A stretch of DNA of 61,300 bases, counting the filler, from Fonticula-like sp. SCN 57-25 (taxonomy: Eukaryota), in assembly GCA_001724245.1 (NCBI GenBank). It is 2 parts of 2 records of this genome, joined end to end, with 100 filler letters (N's around TTAATTAATTAA, not from the genome) between each part and the next. Parts side by side here need not be neighbours in the genome. Positions count along the whole stretch, not along the records: positions 1 to 31,113 come from MEDX01000046.1; 1 more part is not named here. The stretch is one strand, 5' to 3'. How positions within the stretch are numbered: the stretch's first letter is position 1; the number at the start of each line of letters is the position of its first letter. Of the stretch, positions 12,708 to 23,033 are shown piece by piece. The notes under the pieces were generated by a model. The model was given only the letters and a program-made list of their open reading frames with translations. It ran no database searches and had not been told where the DNA came from. A program made the translations under genes and the position numbers.

Positions 12708-14285
12708 TCAAGAATCTACAGGGCTGACATTGGCTTTCGCGCCTTGCCCGCCGCGCCCTCTCCCCGCTCCACCCGCGGGTTTTCCTCTCCCCGGCGATGC
12801 CTGCGCCGGCGCCTCCGCGGGCGGTGCCGCCGGGCGCTGCAGCATTTTAATCTTTGGCCTTGGCTCTTCGCTCGGTGCGCTCGCTGCGGCCGGCGCAGCT
12901 GCTTTACTTGGCGCTGGCGCTGTCGTTGTCGCCGCCGCCGCCGCCGGCGCTGAGCTTGATGACGCGCCGCCGCCGGGCAGAGCAGGCCACGACGCCATTT
13001 CGTCGCTTTCCGCCTTTGACTTTTTCTTCTCCTTCTTTGGCTGGGGCGCCGTTTTCGGCTTGTCCCCCGAGGCGACCTTGCGCACGGTCCGCCGTACTTC
13101 CACCCGCCGGAGCGACCGCCCTTCGCCGCGGCGCAGCTTGCGGAGCGACTCGACGAGCGGCGTCGTTTTGGGTGAGCTGCTCTTGCTCGCTGTTCGGGGC
13201 GTGTGTCAGCACGGAAACAGAAAGGCGCGAGTGCGCGTACAGATAGAGTCGTCGCGGTGGCTCACGGCGTCGGCGTCGGCCGCCTTGAGGAATTCAATGT
13301 AGTTCGGGTCGGTTTCAAAGGTGTTGCTCTTGACGTCGGGGCGCGCCGCGACGCGCGGGATGCGCTGATTCAGAGAGTATTCTACTTGGGCGATGTACTC
13401 GATGCCTACGACACTGGTGATCAGAATAAAATATGTTTACCATGCACAACGAACCGGTGGCGTCGACAAAGCGGTGGCCATGGTAGCTCTTGTGGAACTG
13501 AATGAGTTGCTCTGGCATTTTGAAATTGATGTGGGCGCGCGAGTGAATAAAGTCGACCGACTTTGAGCTGGGTATCAACACCGTTAGGCTCTGCTCTTCA
13601 AAGGTGTTAAAAAAAGCCAAAGAACGCACCTCACGTGGCCAGGGTAGTATGCAAAGTAGTTGTGCTGGCCTTCGATATCGCCGAGCGAGGTGCGGAAATC
13701 TGATTCTGAAAGAAGCGGCGGCAAGTGGCGGACGACCACTTTGGTCCTCGGCTTTGGCGCTTTTACTTTATCTGCTGCTGGCTTGTCCTGCTTCTTGTCG
13801 GCGGCAACTGGCGCGCGGGGCTGGTTTTGCTGCTGCGTTTGCTTGGGCGCCTGCGTGCGCTGCTGCTGCTGCTGCTGCCCACGCTGCTGTTGCCCGCCTT
13901 GTTTCGGGGGGTTCTGCTGCTGCTTGGGCTGTTGCGGCTGCTGTTGCTTCTGCTGCTGCTGCTGCTTCGGCTGCGCGTCACCCGCATTCGCACCTTGCTG
14001 CTGTTGTGGCTGCCGTGGTTGCTGCTGCTGCTGCTTCTGAGGTTTGGGCTGCTGCTGCGGCTGTTTGCGTGCTTGATCTTGCTTGCCGCCTTGCTGCTGC
14101 TGAGGCGGCGGCGCCGTGGAGGATGAGGCAGCTGCCGGTGCAGAAACGTCCCCTGCATTATGCCCTCCCCGACGACCGCGACCGGCTCCTCCTCTCCCGC
14201 GTCCACGCGACGCGGTCGGCGTCGTCCCGGCCGGCGTCGTCCCTGCCGGAGGCGCTGGCGATGCTGCAGGCTCCATGTCGCTCAT
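12708..14285 (-). CDS. UPF3: Nonsense-mediated decay factor UPF3 (Smg-4) with long Gln-rich N-terminal extension; 3 introns
   Basis: KVVVRHLPPLLSESDF, YFAYYPG, HSRAHINFK, YHGHRFVD, AQVEYSLNQRIP, TTPLVESLR. Confidence 0.88.
13840..14105 (-). repeat. CAG-rich repeats encoding poly-Gln tracts in UPF3
   Basis: Runs of tgctgctgc on the + strand. Confidence 0.85.
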
Positions 14286-14344
14286 GCCAACTGGCAAACT
14301 GGCCGCAGTTTGCAATCGATCACAACCGTGACGAGCGGAGGACG

Positions 14345-15223
14345 ATGTCGCCGCCTCGGGAGTTGCGGGTCCTGTCGCTACAGTCGCATGTGGTGTACGG
14401 CTATGTGGGGAACAAGTCTGCGACGTTTCCAATGCAGCTTCATGGTTTGGAAGTAGATCCCTTGAATACGGTGCAGTTTTCAACGCATAGCGGGTATCCG
14501 GTCGTGCGCGGTCAGCGGATGGACGGCGAGCAGCTCGACACGCTGATCGAGGGCCTAGAGGCCAATGGTATCCTCGAAAAGTATACACACGTAATTACAG
14601 GATATATTGGCTCGGTGTCCCTTGTCCGTACGCTTGCGCGCGTTGTGCGCGATCTCAAGCGGAGAAACCCCGATCTCATGTATGTCTGCGACCCTGTCAT
14701 GGGTGACGAGGGCAAGCTGTACGTCCCACAAGAAATGGTGCCCGCCTTTCGGGACGAGATTGTTCCTCTGGCGGACGTTCTTACGCCGAATCAATTTGAG
14801 CTTGAGCAGCTGACTGGCAAAGCGATCCTGAGCGAAGCCGACGCGATCGCCGCAATCGACTTTGCCCATTCGCAACTTGGCGTCAAGTCGATCCTTGTAA
14901 CAAGTACCGAGTACGATAGCAGTGAAATATTCGTGATAGGAAGCACAAAGGGAGGCGAGTTGTTTAGCATTGCCGTGCCGCGTCTCTCGACGCCGTTTTC
15001 GGGAGCGGGCGACTTGTGCACGGCTCTCACGTTAGTGTGGCACACTGTGCACAAGGAGCCGCTGATCAGCGCTGCCGAAAAGGTGGTGGCCACTATCCAG
15101 GCTGTGCTGGCGCGTACGATGCGCGCCGGCCAGGAGGAGCTCTGCCTCATCCAGTCAAAGACGGACCTTGAGCAGCCCGTCGTCACCATTCGCGCGCGAA
15201 TTATAGACCGCCCTGTCGTGTAG
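14345..15223 (+). CDS. PDXK: Pyridoxal kinase, intronless
   Basis: RVLSLQSHVVYGYVGNKSATFPMQ, TVQFSTHSGY, YVCDPVMGDEG, TPNQFE, FSGAGD. Confidence 0.95.
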   Translation: MSPPRELRVLSLQSHVVYGYVGNKSATFPMQLHGLEVDPLNTVQFSTHSGYPVVRGQRMDGEQLDTLIEGLEANGILEKYTHVITGYIGSVSLVRTLARVVRDLKRRNPDLMYVCDPVMGDEGKLYVPQEMVPAFRDEIVPLADVLTPNQFELEQLTGKAILSEADAIAAIDFAHSQLGVKSILVTSTEYDSSEIFVIGSTKGGELFSIAVPRLSTPFSGAGDLCTALTLVWHTVHKEPLISAAEKVVATIQAVLARTMRAGQEELCLIQSKTDLEQPVVTIRARIIDRPVV

Positions 15224-15376
15224 TAATTGTTCCCATATTTTTTTGAATAAAAGTGCATATATGATACCAACGCGGAAATTCAGACTTGCCATACAGCAAT
15301 CATTGTTTATTATAGAGACATTAGTGAGGAGAATACGAGAATAGCAGGCCCGTCGTCGTCCATTGCAGTACAAGAT

Positions 15377-16795
15377 CTAGTTGAAGCTGATGCCAAAACC
15401 GAGCTGCCATGGCTGGACAGTAGCGCCCGACGCACGCAGCGGCACGCTGTAGTTGAACTCGAGCCTGATCTGGTTGGCAAATATGTACGCGACGCCTGCG
15501 CCGGCGGTTGCCGTACACGAGCGCCACAGGTCAGTGGGCGCCGTGGCAATGTCGCGGCGGTTGATGAGGCTGCCAGCCGTCGCAAAGAGGTGCAGCCGCA
15601 GCGAAGGGTTATTCATAATGGCAGGGTAGTACACCGGGACGTGCACATGCAAGCCAGTGGTCATGTATGTGTCGCCGCCGAGGGCGTCGTGCGTCTGTGA
15701 GTGCGGGATCATTGTGTCGGCGACGATGGCGGGAAGCGCGGCAGCAAGGTCGGGCGCGTCGCTCATGCGGGCGGCCGACGGGCCGAGGCCTCGCGTCAGC
15801 GTCCCCCGGACGCTCTGCGGCCCGCCCAGGAAGAACCGGTCGATGAGGCGGATCGGCTTGTCCTCCAGCGGCATCAACACGCCGCCTCCCACAGAGAGGG
15901 TTGACGAGATGCCGTACAAGAGCGGCAGAGAATAGCGCGCTTCCAGCTGCGTCGACGCAAACTCGACGTTACCGCCGAGTCCGGCAACTTCCGTCGTCGA
16001 GCAGACGCGCCCGCCCTCCGTGGGCATCAGCAGCGAGTCCTCCGAGCTGCTGTCGTACTGGTACCGCAGCGCCGACTTGAGCGAGTGGCCTGCCTGCTCG
16101 CGAACCGCCATCGACGCGGACGGCGTCATCTCGCCAATCACGCGCCAAACCGCCTCGTAAATGAAGCGGTGCGGCCCGCGCTGGTACAGCGCACGGCCGC
16201 CACGCAGAAATTCCTTGTGGGACGCGGTGACAGAGTTGTCATTGGAGTTTTGAAAGGCCGACAAGCGGAACGACGACCGAACGCCACCCAGCGACGTAAA
16301 GATCGGCTTAATAAACTCTACCTGCAGCGTGCCGCGCGACTTGACACCGGCGGATCCCGTGCACTCTACCTGCTCGCCGCGGCCGAGCACGTTGCGCAGG
16401 GCCACGGTCGTGTTCGCAGAAAGATCGCCGTTGCCCATCTGCGCTCCCGTCTTGGCGCGCAGCATCGACTTTTCCTTGGTAAACATCGTCAGCTCGACAT
16501 CATTCGTGGTTCCCTCGGTGTCGAGCTCCGTGTGAATGGCAGAGAATATATCGAGTTGCTGAAGCTCGTCCATCACCTGAGCAAGACGAAGGTGCACCTC
16601 GCCGAGGGTCTAGCGCGGCGATTAGGATCGCGAATCAGCAAGCGTCAAGCGCACCGATGCACTCATGACCGGCTTTAGCATCCGCCTGACAAAGTCAGGG
16701 TCCGTCCTCTCAAGTCCATATACCTTTAGCCGCGCAATGCGCATCGGCGCATCGTCCAGGCTCACCTGAACCGCCTCCATGTCGGGCGCCGACAT
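15377..16795 (-). CDS. SAMM50: Mitochondrial outer-membrane Omp85 beta-barrel SAM50; 1 intron
   Basis: POTRA region (VYGLERT), LRNVLGRGEQ, REQAGHSLKS, DRFFLGGPQSVRG, ALGGD, RLEFNYSVPL, QLGFGISF. Confidence 0.93.
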
Positions 16796-16842
16796 TTCAA
16801 CAAAGATATATAATGCATTGTTTTAACTTATTTGGTATCGAA

Positions 16843-16914
16843 AGCGGCGTGGCGCAGAGGAAGCGTGCAGGGCCCATAACCCTGAGGTCGAAGGATCGAA
16901 ACCTTCCGCCGCTA
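16843..16914 (+). tRNA. tRNA-iMet: Initiator tRNA-Met (CAT)
   Basis: AGCGGCGTGGCGCAGAGGAAGCGTGCAGGGCCCATAACCCTGAGGTCGAAGGATCGAAACCTTCCGCCGCTA: A1:U72 pair, three G:C pairs in the anticodon stem, eukaryotic initiator T-loop GATCGAAA. Confidence 0.97.
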
Positions 16915-16920
16915 CTCATA

Positions 16921-16937
16921 TTTTTGCACTTTTTTTG
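16921..16937 (+). terminator. Pol III oligo-T terminator of tRNA-iMet
   Basis: T5 and T8 runs immediately 3' of the tRNA. Confidence 0.7.
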
Positions 16938-16976
16938 ATCATTCGCGGTGGTTTTGCCGCCATTTTTTTTTTAGCC

Positions 16977-18095
16977 ATGTCAACGACCGCCATGGGGCCG
17001 TTTGTGTACGAGGGCGGCAAGCTCATGGTCTTGAACCAGCTCTTGCTGCCGCACCAGTCTGTGCACGAGCACGTTGACACGATTGAAGATGGGTGGGCGC
17101 AGATTCGCGAGATGAAGGTTCGCGGCGCGCCTGCCATTGCTATGGTGGCCGCGTTGGCGGTGGCTGTCCACGTGCGCAAGCCTGCGGTGCAGTCGGCGCA
17201 CTCTTCTGCGGTGGCCATGTCGGCGGAGATTGACCGCGCGTGGGAGGTGCTCAAGACGAGCCGCCCGACGGCGGTGAACCTTTTTGAGGCGGCGGCTCGC
17301 CTGACTGCTCTTACGCGTGCTGCTGTCCCGACGGCAGCTGGTGGCGCCGCGCTCGCCGAGGTGTACGTCGCTGCCGCCGAGGCGATGCTGGCGGCTGACG
17401 TGAAGGACAACCGCGCGATTGGTTCGTTTGGCGCGGACTTTCTTGCCGGCGCTGTCGGCGAGGCGAGGCGCGGCGCCCTTCGCGTGCTGACGCACTGCAA
17501 CACTGGCGCGCTCGCGACGGCCGGGTACGGCACGGCCCTTGGCGTCATCAGGCAGCTCCACGAGAGGGGCGTCCTGGAGCACGTGTACTGCACCGAGACG
17601 CGCCCCTACAACCAGGGAAGCCGTCTGACTGCGTACGAGCTGGTGGCGGAAAAGATCCCCGCCACGCTCGTCACCGACTCGATGGTGGCCGCGCTCATGG
17701 CCCAGGGGAGCGTCGACGCGGTCATTGTCGGCGCCGACCGTGTCGCTGCTAACGGCGACACCGCAAACAAGGTCGGAACGTACCAGCTCGCAGTGGTGGC
17801 GGCGTTCCACAACGTCCCTTTCTTGGTGGCGGCCCCGTACACGTCGGTGGACCTGAGCCTCGCCTCGGGTGCACAGATTGAGATTGAGCAGCGCCCGGCC
17901 AGCGAGGTCACCGAGACGCGCGGCGTGCTCAAGGGGACTCTCGAGCACGCCACCGTCAGCGTGGCTGCCCCGGGCATCGGCGTGTGGAACCCCGGGTTCG
18001 ACGTCACCCCCGCCCGCATCATCACAGCCGTCATTACCGAGCGGGGATTCGTCCGCCGGTCCGACGACGGCACTATTAACATGTCCTCCATCTAA
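16977..18095 (+). CDS. MRI1: Methylthioribose-1-phosphate isomerase (methionine salvage), intronless
   Basis: MKVRGAPAIA, SRPTAVNL, LTHCNTGALATAGYGTALG, ETRPYNQGSRLTAYEL, GADRVAANGDTANKVGTY, NPGFDVTP. Confidence 0.96.
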   Translation: MSTTAMGPFVYEGGKLMVLNQLLLPHQSVHEHVDTIEDGWAQIREMKVRGAPAIAMVAALAVAVHVRKPAVQSAHSSAVAMSAEIDRAWEVLKTSRPTAVNLFEAAARLTALTRAAVPTAAGGAALAEVYVAAAEAMLAADVKDNRAIGSFGADFLAGAVGEARRGALRVLTHCNTGALATAGYGTALGVIRQLHERGVLEHVYCTETRPYNQGSRLTAYELVAEKIPATLVTDSMVAALMAQGSVDAVIVGADRVAANGDTANKVGTYQLAVVAAFHNVPFLVAAPYTSVDLSLASGAQIEIEQRPASEVTETRGVLKGTLEHATVSVAAPGIGVWNPGFDVTPARIITAVITERGFVRRSDDGTINMSSI

Positions 18096-18246
18096 GCATT
18101 GTATCAACACATAATTTTGCCAATAGAATTTGCTCATTATATATCAATCTTTCCTCGTTTTAGTGCAAAGAATGTGGAAATCTGGTGTTATCAGGAAAAT
18201 AGACCATAGGTAGATTGCAATTTATTATAGTTATGAGAATTCCTGC

Positions 18247-20280
18247 TTACCAGCGCGACTTGCCCTTCTTCTTGCCCTTTCCACCACCGCCAGACGATGA
18301 GGACGACGCCTGGGCCGGGGACGCAGACGACGACGCGGCCGACTTGTCGAGCGGATCGTTGCGCTCAAAGGATCCCGCGGGCGGGGCCGACGGCGCAGAC
18401 CCCTGCGAGCCGCCCTTTGCCGGCCCGTCGCGGTTCTTCTTCTTCTTGGGGCGGAACGACGAGCGCATGTTCTTGGGAATCCAGCGCTCCGGGTCGGGCC
18501 TGCCCGGGTTGGCGGGGTCGTAGTTTTTGGGGAGGCGAATCTTTCTCTTTCTCTTTGCCTTGGGCTTGGCCGGCGGCGCCGCGCTGCCGAGCACCGGCGA
18601 CGTCGGCGTGGAGCTTGGCCCCTCGTCGTCGCGCTTCTTCGCCTTGTACCCACGGCGGCCCGTGACGTTCTCGAGCGCGTCCACGTCGACCGCCGACGCG
18701 GCCGTGCGCGGCAGCATCTCGGCGTACTTGCTAGCCTTGGCATCGTCGAGCCCGGCGCACGCCTTGACGAGCGCCGCGACGCTCTCAATGTCGTTCTTGT
18801 CGTTGGCGACCACCTGCTCAAGGTCGGCAATGGCGCCGCGCGGGTCGCCGAGCTGCAGGCGGAACTGCGCCGAGAAGCGGACCATGTCGGGTGACGACGC
18901 CTGCGCCTTGATCGCGTCCACAAAGGCGACGGCCTCGCTCGGCTCGGCCACCTTTTCGTACAGCGAGCACACGGCCGATCCCAGCACGTTCGCCTTGGCC
19001 GGCAGCGCAAGGGCAACGTCGCGCAGGATGCGCACCGCTTCGCTGTACCGCTGCAGGGAGAGCAAAAGCTGCACCTGCGCGAGCTTTAGCAGCGTCGACG
19101 AGGTGACGTGGGGCGCGAGCTCGTCCAGCGCCTCGCCCGCCTTCTTTTCGCGCAGCGCGATGGAGGCGCGCAGGAGGTGACCAAGCTCGGCGGCGCTGCC
19201 GTCCTCCGCCACCATGTCGTCCACCTGGGTGCGCGCCTGGGCAAACTTGTTCATGTGAAGCGACAGGAGCGCATTGTTGAAGCGCAGCACGCGCTGCTGC
19301 CACGACACGAGGCGCGGGCGCGTCGCGTCGCCGAGCGCAGACTTGAGACGCTTGGCAGAGTCAAACAACTCGTGGTCCTGCTTGATGCTCACAATGTTAT
19401 TGGAGGCGACGGCTGCCGAGGCGCCGTCCGTCGTCTTGGACTTGAGCACAGTCTCGTACATCGCGAGCGCCTCCTCGGTGCGGCCCATGCGCTGCTTCAC
19501 GTACGCAAACTGGGTCAGAATGGGCGCAAGCTCATCGGCGAGCTCCTCGGGAGAGGCAGCATCGCGCGTCAACGTCGCCTTGCACTGCTCAATGGCAAAC
19601 TCGAGCAGCGTGGAGGCGCCAGCAAGATCGCCGTCGCGCACAGCGACATGCGCGGCGTTGAAAGCAAGCTCGTACGATCCCTTCTGGGCGCTAGCGTCGC
19701 CGAGCAGAGCGAGGCCCGCAAGCGAGCGCGAGGCATTGGCATTGGCAAGAAGCTCAGCATACTCGGCGTCCTTCTTGTCCGTCAACGCAAGGACCTTGTC
19801 AAATGTCGCGACAGCGTCCTTGTACTTTTCAAGCTTGTATTGCTACAGGTAAAGCGCTTAGCACAAGAGGGGCGAGCGGCGTTAACGTACCACCTGGCCG
19901 ATCAGGATCAGGTCGCTGCGGGAAGGCGACGAAATAGACAAAAGGAGCTTGAGCGCAGCCTCGCCCGAGCCGGCACGGTAAAGCGCATATGCGTGAGAGT
20001 ACGTAATGGCAGCATTCTTGTCGGCAAGCTTGCCAAACGAGTCCGCCGCAGCGGTGTAGAGGCCAAGGCGAAGCTGAGCGACGGCCTTGGCATGCCGTGC
20101 TTCCACTTCTTCGCCGTGATTGCTCAAAACTATACAAGGCCATCAGCCAACAAAGAACAAAAAAAAAAGTGCGGTAAGCAACGTACTCGCATTCGCAATG
20201 TCAAGGACACGCTGCGACTCGTCCGCTGCCGCAGCGCGCTCGAGATCGGCGTACTGCCGCGCGAGCTGCTGCTGCGCCAT
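18247..20280 (-). CDS. SRP72: Signal recognition particle subunit SRP72; 2 introns
   Basis: TPR repeats, SYELAFNAA, ELAPILTQFAYV, VASNN, and C-terminal RKRKIRLPKNYDPANPGRPDPERWIP. Confidence 0.95.
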
Positions 20281-20394
20281 CGGTGGAAGCAAAGGCAAAG
20301 CACAGGATGGTTTCAATCCGACGATGGCCGCAAACTTATTGTTCAGATTGCATGGGTGACAGCGCGTACCGCTGCGAGCACCGCGCCCGCGCGC

Positions 20395-21738
20395 ATGGCC
20401 TTCAAGTTCAAGTGGGGCGGCTTTGATCAGGCGTTTGTGGATCGAGCCAAAAATGAAATGACCCAGGCGTTGAATAGAGGTGAGAACAAGCCGTCGGTAA
20501 TAGCGGGGCCGCTCACCGTAGTGGATATTTCGATGGGGACCATGGTGCGTGGGACATTGCGCACGCTTGCTTGGCTGACGAGTGTTCAGCCACCTGAATT
20601 AGAGATTATGGAGATTAATGAGCTTTCCGAGGAGCGCTTTGGCGGCATTTTCCGTTTTCGCTATCGCGGCGATGCGTTTGTCGAGATAGAGACGACCGTT
20701 CAAGTGAACACGGTTCACTTTGGCTCGACCAAGTCGGCCGAGGACACGATCGTCGCTGCGAGCGCACCTCTTGTGGTGCCTATGACGCTAAAGATCTCGT
20801 CACTTCAGCTGAACGGTATTGTTGCGCTTGTGGTCTCGCGCACGCGCGGTGTCACGATCACCTTTAAGAATGACCCATTCGAGGCGGTCCAGGTCAACTC
20901 GACCTTTGACGAGAGCCCCTCTATCCGCCGCTTCCTGCAGCTCGAGATCGAGAACCAGCTCCGCGGCATGTTTATCGACGATATTCCAAAGATGGTCCAC
21001 CGGCTCTCCATCAAGCAGCAGGAGCCCGCGCACCCCCCGTCGGCTGCGTCGGCGCCATCTACGGCGCCCGGCTCGGAGAACGGCGTGCCGAGCGGCACCG
21101 ACAAGAACGAGCGCCGCCGCCGTGCGCGCCAAAATTCAGTATCTGTGCCGCAGGCGTCGGGCCACCACAGGCGCGCGAGCGTGTCGACGCAGACGGGCGA
21201 CCGTCATATGCGCTTCGTGGGCGACGACTCGCTGGGCGCGACACCCCCGACGTCGCCGAGCAAGAAGGGCGGCCGCACGCCAGCGCGCGGCCTGTCGTCG
21301 CGGCTGGCCGTCATGTCGCTCGACCACCGCACGCTAAAGATCAACGAGAGCCCCAAGGACGTGTATGTTGTTCACCGCACGGCGCCAACGGGCGCGCCGC
21401 TCGCTGCCGCCGCCGCCTCTGCCGGCCGCTACAGCCGCTCGTCAATGTCAATATCGCTGCCGGCCTCGCCGATGCCGTCCAGGCCGGGGAGCCCGCTGTG
21501 GCGGCGGAGGACGCAGGAAGAGGACTGGGAGGAGGCCCAACTGCCGCCACCAGAGCTGGTTGCGCTGCAGCCCAGGCCCATGGTAGAGAGGGCAGAGGCG
21601 CAGCTGCAGCGCGCAAAGTCGTTCCAGCAACTGAAACGCGCAGATGATGCTGCTGCTTCGACGCACCACTTGGTACTGCACGAGGGGGGCGTGGTAAGGG
21701 TGCAGGACACTGGCGCGCAGACGTCGGGCGATTTGTAA
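20395..21738 (+). CDS. MDM34: ERMES subunit Mdm34 (SMP domain); in-frame 45-nt intron 20545-20589
   Basis: MAFKFKW, ALNRG, PPELEIMEI, FGGIFRFRYRGDA, LVVSRTRGVTITFKNDP, VNSTFD, FLQLEIENQLR. Confidence 0.93.
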   Translation: MAFKFKWGGFDQAFVDRAKNEMTQALNRGENKPSVIAGPLTVVDISMGTMVRGTLRTLAWLTSVQPPELEIMEINELSEERFGGIFRFRYRGDAFVEIETTVQVNTVHFGSTKSAEDTIVAASAPLVVPMTLKISSLQLNGIVALVVSRTRGVTITFKNDPFEAVQVNSTFDESPSIRRFLQLEIENQLRGMFIDDIPKMVHRLSIKQQEPAHPPSAASAPSTAPGSENGVPSGTDKNERRRRARQNSVSVPQASGHHRRASVSTQTGDRHMRFVGDDSLGATPPTSPSKKGGRTPARGLSSRLAVMSLDHRTLKINESPKDVYVVHRTAPTGAPLAAAAASAGRYSRSSMSISLPASPMPSRPGSPLWRRRTQEEDWEEAQLPPPELVALQPRPMVERAEAQLQRAKSFQQLKRADDAAASTHHLVLHEGGVVRVQDTGAQTSGDL

Positions 21739-21972
21739 CACATTTTTGGCTGTACTTTTATTTGGCTATTTTGTACAATACTATGTAATTAAGACACTTA
21801 TATCATTATTATGGGCATGCCTGGAACATACAGACACAATGTACCTATTAATTTTAGGAAAGCTCTTGTAGTCTTGTAGAAAGCGGAAATATTCGCGTAC
21901 TCAGTCCAGAAGATATCTGGGTTGTGAAATCCACCCCAGATTCTTCAGTGTGCCTGCCTTTGATCACCGACC

Positions 21973-22671
21973 ATGGCTGCGACGTTGCAGCTGCGCTCGA
22001 CGCTTTTGCAGCAGGTCGAGGTACGACCTTTGCCCGCCTATATTTGTTGGCTAAGTTTTTGATAGGCGATCTCAGAGTCCATTCTTGAGCTCTTGCGGCG
22101 CGTCGACCGCACGAGATCCAATGCGCTCGTGGACAAGATCAGTAATCGCGCCTCGGACGACACGCTGACCTCCATCTACGCCGCTTTGGAAAAGTTTGAG
22201 CAGGCGTTCGACTCTGCTATTGAACAGGGCGAGGATATGGAGAGGCGTCTGCGCGCCCGCTCGGAGCAGCTTGAGCTCGCCTCGCTTGTCAGCCAGCTCT
22301 ACAAAGGCGCCGAGCATCGCCGGCCGTGGGCGCCGCGCAGGCTCACCCGGCGAGCGCCGCTGGGCGACTACGACGCGTTACTGCGCGCGTATAAGGACGC
22401 ACAGTACGAAGGCGTTGTGCAGAGCACGCAGGTGCTTCGCAGGGAGGGCGGCATGGAGGCGACGTCGTGGCTGGATGCCTTTGAGGAGGAGGATCCGCAC
22501 GAGGAGGCGCGGCTGGGGAACGGCGGCCTCGACGGAGACGATGACGTGTCACTTATGGTGTCTTCCGAGGTACCCGCGGACGTCGACAGCCACGACTTGC
22601 TAGGCCACTCGGACGCAGACGTCGTGATGGACACGGTGGGGCTCGATCAGGACTCTATTTCGCTCTCCTGA
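21973..22671 (+). CDS. Small helical protein with acidic tail, possibly Mediator MED29-like; intron 22021-22065
   Basis: Clean GT-AG intron and coding codon bias. ISESILELL..SDD..LEKFEQAFD..ERRLR..DYDALLRAYKDAQ loosely resembles MED29 helices (weak). Confidence 0.45.
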
Positions 22672-23033
22672 GCCATGTACTCTAGCTTTATTTCAAGTGT
22701 ACATACATGTATAATTAAACAATTTATTTTTTAATATCGCGCTGCGTTTCACACTGGCGCTGCGTCTGTTGGTTGGCTATGTAGGATATACTCAAAAGCC
22801 ATGATAATAGTTTCGTTGAATACCTATCATAAAGCCCTTACAAGCATTTCGCGGTGGGCAAGAGACGCCATGGCAAATACAACAACACACATTTGCTCAC
22901 TAAATAGAGGTCAGTAATTGACCTCTGCTGTCTGTCTGCGTCAAAATTCACTCGTTGATAGCGCGGCCGTTTCAAAAAAATCTGGGCTTACGGGAATCGC
23001 GTTCAGTTTCAGATTTCCCGCCAAATCGTGGCA

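Noticed and set aside
13604-14344. Apparent Ala-rich N-terminal extension of pyridoxal kinase, and poly-Cys/poly-Leu ORFs
   Set aside because: Antisense reading of the UPF3 CAG repeats.
19108-20394. Apparent 429-aa N-terminal extension of MDM34
   Set aside because: Antisense shadow of SRP72; Mdm34 homology starts at MAFKFKW (20395).
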